The position numbers were made by a program, and so were the translations under genes. Below the pieces are notes generated by a model. That model saw only the letters and a program-made list of their open reading frames with translations, had not been told where the DNA came from and ran no database searches. DNA of 64,000 nt from an uncultured delta proteobacterium (lineage in GTDB: Bacteria; Desulfobacterota; Binatia; DP-6): the NCBI GenBank assembly GCA_963815115.1, contig CAWFFN010000005.1:448001-512000 (forward strand), written 5' to 3'. Below, piece after piece: positions 9,561 to 18,292 of the stretch. Positions within the stretch are counted from its first letter, which is position 1, and each line of letters begins with the position of its first letter.

Positions 9561-11718
9561 TCAGTCTAGCAGATCATGCGAGTCGTCCAGGAACGCCCGG
9601 CTCGGACTGCCATAGATCGTGGTCGAGGTGGTGGTGGAGGTCGTAGTGGTGGTGGTCGGCGCCGACGTGCTCGTGGTGCTGCTGGTCGTCGTGGTCGTCG
9701 CCTGCGTGGTCGTCGTCGTGGTGGAGCTCGGGTTCTTGGTCGACGGCACGCAGAACCGCGGGCGATGCGACAGGCGGACGCCGTTCAGCGGTCCAAACTG
9801 GTTGTTGAGCCAGACTACCTTGGTGCCGAAGGGTGCGTCCCCCTTCGCCTTGTAGCACATCAGGTGGAACGGGTGCTGGTCGGCTCCGGGCTCCTCGCCC
9901 CGCTTGTTGACCGGGGCGCACAGGTCCGAGGGCTTCGTCAGGGAGATCACGCCGGTGCCGAACTGGTCCTTGACGTTGACGCTGACAATCTTCGTGAACT
10001 TCGGGAAGCCCTTCGACGCGCTTCACCTTGTAGCACTGGAAGTGGTCGACTGCCGGGTCGGTCGGCGCCGGCGGAGCCGGAGCGGTGAGGGTCTTGGCGC
10101 TCGGCACCATGAGCAGGGAGGGCTTGACGACGTCGACGTGGAGGGTGCCGAACTGGTTCACGATCGTCTGGTTGATCTTCTTCACGGACGGGCCCTTCAA
10201 TTTGTACAGGGTCAGGTGATCGGGGTGCAGGTCGGCGCCGGTCGGCATCCTCGCCGTTCTTGTCGGCGGGCGCGCACAGGAAGTGCGGCTTGCTCACGGT
10301 CCCGGACGACGTCCCGAACTGGTCGACCAGGCTCACGTTGGGGACCGTCGTGAACGGCGTCGGCAGGATCTCGTAGCACGCGAAGTGGTCGGGCGGCGTC
10401 GGGCAGCCGTTCGAGATGTGCGACTGGTTGCAGACCCCTGCATCGCACCCCGCTACCGTGCAGACGTTGCCGTCGGTGTCGGGGCCGCACGGCGTGCTGT
10501 CGGGCACGTTCGGGTGCGTGCACTGGCCGTTGGCCGGGTTGCACGGTGGATCCTGCGTGCACTGGTTGTTGTCCGGTGGGCAGACGGTGGTCTGGTGCGT
10601 CTGGACGCACTGGCCCGCCTCGCAGCCCGCGGCGGTGCAGGCGTTGTGAGTCGGCGTCGGTGCACGGCGTGCTGTTGGGCCCGTTCGGGTGGTGGCACAT
10701 GCCCGTCGTCGGGTCGCAGGCCAGGTCGTCGGTGCACTCGTTGCTGTCCGGGTGACAGGGCGTGTTCACGTGGGCCTGGACGCACTGGCCGACCTCGCAG
10801 CCCGCCTTCGTGCAGGCGTTGCTGTCGGTGTCGGTGCACGGCGTGCTGTCGGGCAGGTTCGGATGGGGGCACATGCCCGTCGTCGGGTTGCACGCCAGGT
10901 CGTCGGTGCACACGTTGTTGTCCGGGGGGCAGGGCGTGGTTACGTGGTTCTGGACGCACTGGCCCGCCTCGCAGCCCGCCATGGTGCAGGCGTTCTGGTC
11001 GGTGTCGCCGCACGTGCGTGCTGTCGGGCTTCGGGCTGTTGTCGCAGCCGGTGACGAGGTCAGTCGAGGCGGTGAACTGCACGGTATTCAGAGCCATGTT
11101 GCAGCCCAAGGCTCCGGCATTGCACAGATCGTTGACCCCCACGTTCCCCTGGTCGGGCAGCGGATCGGGATCGTTGGGCTGGATCACATAGGCGTTCGAG
11201 ACGGAAGGTCACGATGCCAGCCGTGGCGGTTGCCCGGCAGTGGCAGGTTGCCGCAGCCGCTGTCGGAGTTGGGCACGACGAAGAACGAGCCGGCCGGTCC
11301 CACGAAGCAGGGGAGCGCCGGACCCGCGCAGCAGACCGCATTCCCGAACACGCCGCTGATCGGCAGGTTGCCGAGCCCCGGGGGCACGCGCACGTTGTCG
11401 CCGCCGAAGTCGGCGACGTCGAAGGACGAGGCGATCTTCGTCGTGTCGCCGCAGGTGTCGGCGTGCCCGAGGCTGATCGTGCAGTTCGTGACGTTGCTGA
11501 TCGACGTGTCGCAGATGTCGTTGGTACACTCGAGCCCGTCGACGCAGTCGGCGTTCGGTGGCGCAGCTTCGCTTCACGCTCTCGCAGGTCTTGAAGATGC
11601 TGGCTCCGTGCTGGCACGGTTGCGCCTCCACCGGGGAAGGCCCGATGATGCCGAGTGCGGCGACGACAACTGCGGCGAACCCGGTGACTCCGAATCTCCT
11701 GGCGCTTTCCCTGTTCAT
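9561..11718 (-). CDS. Large Cys-rich secreted protein (signal peptide, 58-aa Cys repeats, DHFxCY-type modules, poly-Thr linker, GSPSRAFLD tail), broken by about 7 frameshifts
   Basis: ORF-track fragments 11209-11718, 11184-11393, 10453-11187, 10212-10982, 9947-10507, 9574-10248 and 9561-9950 join end to end by single-base shifts; GGGAGG RBS upstream of 11718. Confidence 0.75.
10430..11030 (-). repeat. Intragenic tandem repeat, about 3.5 copies of a 174-nt (58-aa) Cys-rich unit PDSTPCxDTDxNxCTxAGCExGQCVQxH...CxPDxNxCTxDxxCxPxxGxCxHPN
   Basis: Anchor (g/t)gcgtgctgt recurs at 10491, 10666, 10840 and 11015. Confidence 0.85.
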
Positions 11719-12009
11719 CTCGCTGGCCTCCCCCTCGCTCGACGAGCGAGCACGCGTGTCGCTAGTTCCCTCGGTGCAGGACCGACTCTAGATGGTGTGG
11801 CGTCTCTCAGAAGGCAGGCCATTGTCAAGGAAAAAATGCTGGAAAGCGTGGGACGCCCCTGCCACCCTCCGTGGAATCGTTGGACAAATGGTGTCAACGG
11901 AGAGCCGCTGAGGGCCGGCCCGGTAGGCCGGAGACACGGCGACGGCCCTGAAACAAACCGTTGTCCGACGCATCGGAGGTCAGGTTAGATCAGGGCGGTG
12001 GAGCTGGCG

Positions 12010-13417
12010 ATGGACCCGACGGCCGCGACGACCGGGTCAGGCGTCTCTTTGCAAATCCAGTCGTTTAGCTCCGTCGCGCGACGGGGATGGCGCGCGGCGC
12101 TCTCGGCACTCTTCACCCTCGGGATCGTGCTTCACCCACCGGCGGCGCGCGCCAAGACCTACTACGTCCGCCAGACGGTCGGCGACGACGCCAACGACGG
12201 CCTCACGCCGGCGACGGCATGGAAGCACTTCTCCCGGCTCTCGCCGACGATGACCGCGGGAGACACCGCGTTCGTCGGGCCCGGCCTCTACCGTGAGCAG
12301 GTCTCGGTCGAGCACGACGGAACGCCCGAAGGGTCATCTCACCTTCATCGCGGACACCACCGGCCAGCACACCGGCGATCCGCCCGGGGTGGTGATGGTG
12401 GCCGGCTCGGAGCCGGTCGACGGGAAGATCTTCACCCCGGCGGGCCACCGGGGGTGTATTCCGCCAAGTTCCCTGCCTGGAAGGTGTGGGGCGCGGTCGA
12501 GATGGACGGCCCCCAGCAGCGCTACGAGAGCGTGCTCATCACGAGCGAGAACCTGGTGGAGAAGATGGCCCCGGTGGACATCGTGGCCAAGCTGCCGTCG
12601 AGCTGGTTCTACGACGACGACACCAAGGTGCTCACCCTCCACACGAGCGACGGCCGCCCGCCGGCCGAGCACGAGATGGAGCTGATCCAGCGGGGTGACG
12701 GTATCTTCGTCCGGGGCAAGCATCACGTGACGGTGATCGGCTTCACGTTCCGCCACATGCAGGACGCGGGGGTGAGCTTCTTCATCGACTCGGGCGACGG
12801 CGTGATCATGGACGTCACGTCCTGGGGGAGCCGGCAGGGCGTCAGGGTGTACGGGGCGAACGAGCGTGTTCCTCTACGGCAACACGCTCTTCCGCAACGA
12901 GAACTCGGGCGTCTACTTCGCTGCCAAGTCGGTGAACGGGCTCGCCGTCGGCAACACGGCCTACGAGAACGTGAAGGGCCTGCGCTGGAGCAGCGACTCG
13001 GCCGGCGGCATGGCGATCGACAACGTGCTCTTCGACAACACGGAGCGCGGCATCTCGATCGAGAACGCCGACGGCGCCATCCTGCGAGGCAACCGGCTGG
13101 TGGACAACGCGGTCTCCCAGCTCCTGGTGCTCCAGACCCGCTACACCTCGGAGGACAACTGCTTCGCCAACGGGGGCGACAAGCAGCTGGTGGCCGACTT
13201 CACCCCCTTCGGTCCGCTCGACCGCTATCCCACGCTGCCCGAGTACCGCGCCGCCAAGGGACAGGACCTGCACTCGCGCTGGGGATCGTGCGGCCCCCTG
13301 CCGGCGAAGGTCGACGTGCACGCCCTGCACGCCGCCGCGCTGGCGTATCCGGGAAAGCCGCCCGCCGCCCAGACGGCGGGCGCCGGCGGCTGGCTCGACT
13401 GGCTGCGGGGGCGGTGA
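12010..13417 (+). CDS. Secreted right-handed parallel beta-helix protein, about 3 frameshifts
   Basis: KTYYVRQTVGDDANDGLTPATAWK, GDTAFVGPGLYRE and NxxFxNxxxG beta-helix repeats; shifts near 12335, 12450 and 12865. Confidence 0.75.
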
Positions 13418-13429
13418 GCCGGGCGCCGG

Positions 13430-14455
13430 TCAGCCGGCGTGCGGCATCGTGAGCACCGAGCGGAAGCGGACGCGCCCGGTGATCATGCGGTCGTAGGCCT
13501 CCGCGACGCGCTCGAGCGGGAACGTCTCCACCATGGGGCGGATGCCCGAGCGCGCGCAGAACTCCAGCGTCTCCTCCGAGTCCTTGGCGTGCCCGCTCGG
13601 CCAGCCCTGGATCGACCGGCGCATCAGCACGATCGCGAGCGGCGAAACGCTGATCGGCTCGGGCGCCACGGCAACCACCAGGAGCTGTCCCCCGACGCCG
13701 AGGCCCCCGACCATCTCCTCGATGGCGCGGCCGCTGGGTGCGGTCGCCAGGACGACCTTCGCCCCCCCCATCTCGGCCAGGCGCTTCGCCGCGTCGCTCG
13801 CCGCGGCGTCGATGTACTCGTGCGCCCCGAGCTTGGTCGCGAGCGGGCGCTTGTCGTCGCCGCGCGCGATGGCCACGGTGTGGAACCCGAGCTTGGCCGC
13901 GAACTGGACCCCGAGGTGCCCGAGGCCGCCGAGGCCCTGCACGGCCACCAGGTCGCCGGGACCGGCAGGGGAATGGCGAAGCGCGTTGAATGTCGTGATG
14001 CCGGCGCACAGGAGCGGGGCCGCCTCGGCGTCGGTCAGCCCCTCCGGCACCCGCACGACCGCCTCGGCGCGAGCCAGCATGTACTCGGCGTAGCCGCCGT
14101 CGTAGCTGACGCCGCAGACCTTCTCCTCGCGGCAGGTGACGAAGTCGCCGACGCGGCACGACGGACAGATGAAGCAGTGGCCGCCATGCCATCCGACCCC
14201 GACCCGCTCTCCAGGCTTCCAGGGCCGCACGCCGGCGCCGATCGCGGTGACGATGCCGACGACCTCGTGACCGGGCACCCGGGGGAGCTGCAGGCCCGGG
14301 AACTGGCCCTCCTTCACGACGCTGTCGCTGTGACAGACTCCGGAGGCCGAGACCCTGATCTCGACTTCTCCCGGGCCCGGCGCGCGGCGCTCGCGGGTGA
14401 CGATCTCGAAAGTGCCGCCGGGGGAGGAGACCTGGACCGCACGCATCGTCGCCAT
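13430..14455 (-). CDS. Zn-dependent alcohol dehydrogenase (MDR family)
   Basis: GVCHSD, PGHEVVG, CFICPSCRVGDFVTC and GLGGLGHLG motifs. Confidence 0.93.
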   Translation of the reverse strand: MATMRAVQVSSPGGTFEIVTRERRAPGPGEVEIRVSASGVCHSDSVVKEGQFPGLQLPRVPGHEVVGIVTAIGAGVRPWKPGERVGVGWHGGHCFICPSCRVGDFVTCREEKVCGVSYDGGYAEYMLARAEAVVRVPEGLTDAEAAPLLCAGITTFNALRHSPAGPGDLVAVQGLGGLGHLGVQFAAKLGFHTVAIARGDDKRPLATKLGAHEYIDAAASDAAKRLAEMGGAKVVLATAPSGRAIEEMVGGLGVGGQLLVVAVAPEPISVSPLAIVLMRRSIQGWPSGHAKDSEETLEFCARSGIRPMVETFPLERVAEAYDRMITGRVRFRSVLTMPHAG

Positions 14456-14512
14456 GGCGTGGACCGTATCCGACGATACGGCTGAGGCAACCCTTCCTGC
14501 GGACCCCGAAGC

Positions 14513-14550
14513 TGAAGCCCCCGGGTCCCTTTCGAGACCCGGGGGCTTCA
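14513..14550 (-). terminator. Stem-loop, probable terminator of the 14575-16167 gene
   Basis: 15-bp perfect inverted repeat TGAAGCCCCCGGGTC/GACCCGGGGGCTTCA with an 8-nt loop, 24 nt after the stop; weak U-tract. Confidence 0.65.
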
Positions 14551-14574
14551 CGTGCAGTGCGGACGAGTTGTCGC

Positions 14575-16167
14575 TTACGGGCTGGCTACGAAGACGCCAG
14601 GCAGGCTGATGGCTCCGGGCCCGGGTAGGCTGGCCGCGGCGTCCACGAGTCCGTTGTTCGTCTTCGCGATGCAGAAGACCGACGCAAGTGTCGCGGCCGT
14701 CGGAACCCCGGTTGCAACTGGCCCGGCGGGCACGCCCGTCTCCGTGATGGCGCGGCAGGTTGGCGCGCCGAAGCAGCCGGTGTTCTGCTGGTTCAGGCAG
14801 AAGGATCCTGCCGCCGTGACGTTGTTGACGGTGCCGGTCGTGAGCGGCGCGAGATTGACGTTGATCGGACCCGTGTGCGAGCCGTCGATGCACGGGCCGT
14901 TCCCGCCGATGCCGCAGGGATGCGTGGCGTCCATCCCGCCGGTGAGGCAGTCATTGGTCAGGCCGACCGAGTTCTGAGATACGCAGGCCTGGCCGGTCCT
15001 GGGGCCGCGGTCGCAGGTGCCCGTGGCAGGACTGGCCGGGGTGCCGTGGACCGGCGTCCCGCCAGAGCGGCACCGCGGGCAGGGCTGTCCGAGGTTGCCG
15101 GTGACGTAGATGTCCGAGATCAGGGGGACGCTGGTGATCGACGTGCCGTCGGTGCGATTCACGGTGCCGGTCGCCGGCGCGGACCAGCTGTTCAGCACGC
15201 AGGTGGTGAGGGTGGCGGCCGCCGGGTTCGGGATCTCGAGCGGCGTCCCGAACTTGCACCCCGTGTTGGTGCAGTCGAAGCCGACCCCGGCCTTGGTCGT
15301 AGGCCCGAGCGTGCACACCCCGGTGACGTCCGGGCATGCCAGCGTGAACCGGCTGGTCGAGCCGTCGGGCGTCGGACCCTCGGGTACGATGGAGGCGCCG
15401 CCACCGATGTTGAGACCGCCGCACGTGAGGTTCCTGATGATGGCGTTGGTGCCGTCCTTGATGCTACCGCAGATACCGCCAGCGGCAGTGAGGGTGAAGT
15501 CGAGGTGTGGAGTCAGGTCGTTGAAGACGTCGAGGGAGAACGCATCCACCTTCGCCTCGAGGGCGTCGCTGTCGTGCATCGTGAGGCACGGCGGCTTCGC
15601 CTCCAGCTTCGCGAAGCAGCCCTTCGACGGGTCGGCGCCGCCGTCGAACTTGTCCTGCGCCTTCTGGATGCACTCCTGATCGACCGGCGTGCCCGAGCTG
15701 GCGGCCTTGCCGTAGCAGCCGAGGATCGCCTTCACCTTGTTGGCGACGCACTTCTTCTTGCCGGCGGAGCACTTGTTCAGGACAGGCGTCGGATAGCCGG
15801 GATCGAGCTCATTCACGACGTCGAGCACGAAGGCGTCGACCTTCGCCTCGAGCGGCGTGGCATCTCCACCCGTGGAGCACGGAGACTTCACGAGATCCTT
15901 CTGGGCCTTGTCCATGCAGCCCTTCTGGTCGGCAGGGGAGGAGAACTTGATGTCCGCCTTGCTGACGCACTCGGGATCGACCGCCACGTCCTTGGTCTCG
16001 GCCTTGTTGTGGCAGCTGAGCAGCGCGGTGGCCTTGGTGACGGCGCATTTGATCTTCGCGGAGTTACACTTCCCGGTCGGCGGTCCCTTGGCGTCGGCGC
16101 CGACGGTGCCAAGCAGGAGAGCCGCCGCCGACATCGCGACCGCTCCGAGCATCGAGAATCTCTTCAT
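14575..16167 (-). CDS. Cys-rich secreted protein (paralogue A): two Lys/Cys helical repeats plus a C-terminal beta domain ending FCIxxTxNxxxDxxAxLPGPG
   Basis: Signal peptide MKRFSMLGAVAMSAAALLLGTVGADA; AAGGGGG RBS; clear similarity to 18293-20461. Confidence 0.8.
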   Translation of the reverse strand: MKRFSMLGAVAMSAAALLLGTVGADAKGPPTGKCNSAKIKCAVTKATALLSCHNKAETKDVAVDPECVSKADIKFSSPADQKGCMDKAQKDLVKSPCSTGGDATPLEAKVDAFVLDVVNELDPGYPTPVLNKCSAGKKKCVANKVKAILGCYGKAASSGTPVDQECIQKAQDKFDGGADPSKGCFAKLEAKPPCLTMHDSDALEAKVDAFSLDVFNDLTPHLDFTLTAAGGICGSIKDGTNAIIRNLTCGGLNIGGGASIVPEGPTPDGSTSRFTLACPDVTGVCTLGPTTKAGVGFDCTNTGCKFGTPLEIPNPAAATLTTCVLNSWSAPATGTVNRTDGTSITSVPLISDIYVTGNLGQPCPRCRSGGTPVHGTPASPATGTCDRGPRTGQACVSQNSVGLTNDCLTGGMDATHPCGIGGNGPCIDGSHTGPINVNLAPLTTGTVNNVTAAGSFCLNQQNTGCFGAPTCRAITETGVPAGPVATGVPTAATLASVFCIAKTNNGLVDAAASLPGPGAISLPGVFVASP

Positions 16168-16442
16168 AACTACGACCCCCTTCGTGTCTTCTGAAATTGG
16201 TTTCGTGAACCGGAGCCCGGGCGAAAGAACGTCCAATCGGATGCTCCTCGATACCCTGGAGGTCCGACTCCGCGGCGTCAACGGTCCGGCCGGCGATCAA
16301 CGCGCCGGGCGACCTGGCGGTGCGCGAGAGGATGCTCCAAGCGCTGGCGATTGGCGAAGCGCGCGAGAAGCCCGCGCCGAGCCCGTGAGCATGCGGGCGC
16401 GGTACGGCCTTTCGCCGGGAACATCGCGAGATGATCTTGAGC

Positions 16443-16503
16443 AGACTGACATGTCAGTCTCCAGCTGGTGTCCCTCCGACAGGCGTTGATGTCAAGAGGT
16501 TTC
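16443..16503 (-). promoter_or_regulatory. Palindromic operator AGACTGACATGTCAGTCT plus GAAACCTCTTGACA -35-like box (copy 1)
   Basis: Perfect 18-bp palindrome at 16443-16460; TTGACA on the minus strand at 16495-16490; both elements repeated at 20519-20576. Confidence 0.7.
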
Positions 16504-16571
16504 TTCAGGCCTGGGGGAAGGGCAGGGAGCGGCGGGTGGAGCCTGGCACCGCGACCGCCTAGTATGCCGGC

Positions 16572-17855
16572 GTGCCTGCGCGCGTCGAGTACGTGACCAC
16601 CGCTGACGGCGTGCGGATCGCCTACTCCAGGCGTGGCAGGGGACGTACGGTCGTCTGGATGCCCCCGCTGCCAGCCCGTCACCTCGAGCTGGAATGGGAG
16701 CAGCCCGGAGATCGTCGATGGCTCGAGTGGCTGGCGAGCCGCTACACCCTCGTGCAGTACGATCCGCGCGGTCTCGGGCTCTCCGAGCGCGCCGTCACCT
16801 CCTTCTCGCTCGACGACTTCGAGCGCGACATCGACGCCGTCGTCGAGCGGGTTGCGACCGAGCCGGCGATCCTCTTCGCGAAGGTCAACGCAGGGCCGCT
16901 CGCCATCGCGTACGCTGCCCGGCACCCCGAACGGGTCTCTCACCTGATCCTCTGGTGCGCGACGACGAGGGTCGCCGATGGCATCGGCGGCCACCTGGAG
17001 GCGCTGCGCGGCCTCGCCGAGCAGGACTGGGAGCTGTTCCTTCACACCGCGGCGCACCTGGTGCGGGGCTGGTCGGCGGGCCAGTCCGCGGAGCAGGCGG
17101 TGACGCTGCTGCGAGCCGCCATGAGTCCGGACGCGGTCCCCGCCCTGGTTCGCGATGCGTTCCCGATCGACGTCACGGACCGCCTTCCGCTGGTTCGGTC
17201 GCCGACCCTCGTCTGCCACCGGCGGGGGGTCACGTGGGTTCCGATGGAACGCGCCGTCGAGCTGGCGTCGACCATTCCCGGAGCGCGCCTGGTGCTGCTC
17301 GATGGTACCTCGATGGCGATGTGGTCCGGCGGGCTGAGCGACGTCATCCACGCGTTCGAGGACTTTCTGGGGGCCGCCGAGCCGGACGAGCGTTCGCCCA
17401 ATCTGCCCCCGGAGACGTTCCGCTATGAAGGGGACTACTGGACGCTCGCCTACGGCGGCCGCCTGTGTCGGCTACGCGATGCCAAGGGGTTTCATCACAT
17501 CGCTCACCTGCTGGCGCACCCGGGAGAGCACATCGCCGCTCTCGATCTCCTGACGGCACTGGAGCGGGACGCATCGCCCCCCCTCGTCCACTCCTCCAAC
17601 GGCGCAATGGCGTCGGTCGCCGGTGACGCCGGACCAATCCTCGACGGACACGCCAGAGGCGCCTACCGGGATCGGCGTGCCGCCTCGGCTGCCGAACGAG
17701 CGCGTCTGACGGTGACCAAGCGCATCAAGGGCGTCCTCGAGCGCATCGGCTCTCGCCATCCCGCGCTCGCCGATCATCTCGCTCGCACCATCAGGACTGG
17801 CCTGGTCTGCGCCTACATTCCCGATCCAGACCGGACGGCTCACTGGTCGCTCTGA
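16572..17855 (+). CDS. Alpha/beta-hydrolase-fold sensor fused to a C-terminal regulator-type domain (FRxEGDYW...AERARxxVTKRI...IRTG)
   Basis: YVTTADGVRIAY, YDPRGLGLS and VRSPTLVCH motifs; nucleophile elbow reads AKVNAG instead of GxSxG. Confidence 0.75.
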   Translation: MPARVEYVTTADGVRIAYSRRGRGRTVVWMPPLPARHLELEWEQPGDRRWLEWLASRYTLVQYDPRGLGLSERAVTSFSLDDFERDIDAVVERVATEPAILFAKVNAGPLAIAYAARHPERVSHLILWCATTRVADGIGGHLEALRGLAEQDWELFLHTAAHLVRGWSAGQSAEQAVTLLRAAMSPDAVPALVRDAFPIDVTDRLPLVRSPTLVCHRRGVTWVPMERAVELASTIPGARLVLLDGTSMAMWSGGLSDVIHAFEDFLGAAEPDERSPNLPPETFRYEGDYWTLAYGGRLCRLRDAKGFHHIAHLLAHPGEHIAALDLLTALERDASPPLVHSSNGAMASVAGDAGPILDGHARGAYRDRRAASAAERARLTVTKRIKGVLERIGSRHPALADHLARTIRTGLVCAYIPDPDRTAHWSL

Positions 17856-17972
17856 GCCGCCGGTTCACGCGGTGCGTTTCACGCCGAGTGGACGAGGGCG
17901 ACGCAGCGGAGTAGGGGACGCCGGCTCGGGAGCTCGGCTGGGCGACAAGAGGGGCAACCGCTGGCGAGTCTG

Positions 17973-18006
17973 GAACTGGGCCGAAGCTGTCACTTCGGCC
18001 CAGTTC
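17973..18006. repeat. Perfect 14-bp inverted repeat in an intergenic region
   Basis: GAACTGGGCCGAAG-ctgtca-CTTCGGCCCAGTTC. Confidence 0.7.
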
Positions 18007-18230
18007 ACCCGACACGCCGCCTCGCTCAAAGTGCCCGCGACGCGCCCGGAGGACTCAGGGCATAACCCCACTGACTACCTACATCTCTCGACTTCCCGCA
18101 GCAAGCGGCGGCCCCCAACTCCGGATTGGCTCGGTGGCAGACATCGAGCCCTGAATCGACCTGCCGCGGATGGAGTTCGAGCGGGGATTCATCGCTGCCG
18201 TCCCGCGAGGCGCGTGTCGCACACGTCGGC

Positions 18231-18266
18231 GCTCCCGGCGCCGGCCAGATGGCCGGCGCCGGGAGC
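18231..18266 (-). terminator. GC-rich stem-loop after the 18293-20461 gene
   Basis: 16-bp perfect stem GCTCCCGGCGCCGGCC/GGCCGGCGCCGGGAGC, 4-nt loop, 26 nt after the stop; no U-tract. Confidence 0.55.
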
Positions 18267-18292
18267 CCGGAACGCTGGAGCGATGCGTCCGA

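Noticed and set aside
10430-11030. Regular ~174-nt repeats as a possible CRISPR or DGR-like array
   Set aside because: They are in-frame coding repeats with synonymous variation; no spacer structure and no cas or reverse transcriptase gene
11828-11862. GGAAAAAATGCTGGAAAGCGTGGGACGC resembles the c-di-GMP-I riboswitch P2 region
   Set aside because: Lacks the GGCAAAC 5' strand and the AAAG junction/P3 after GGACGC; only a superficial match
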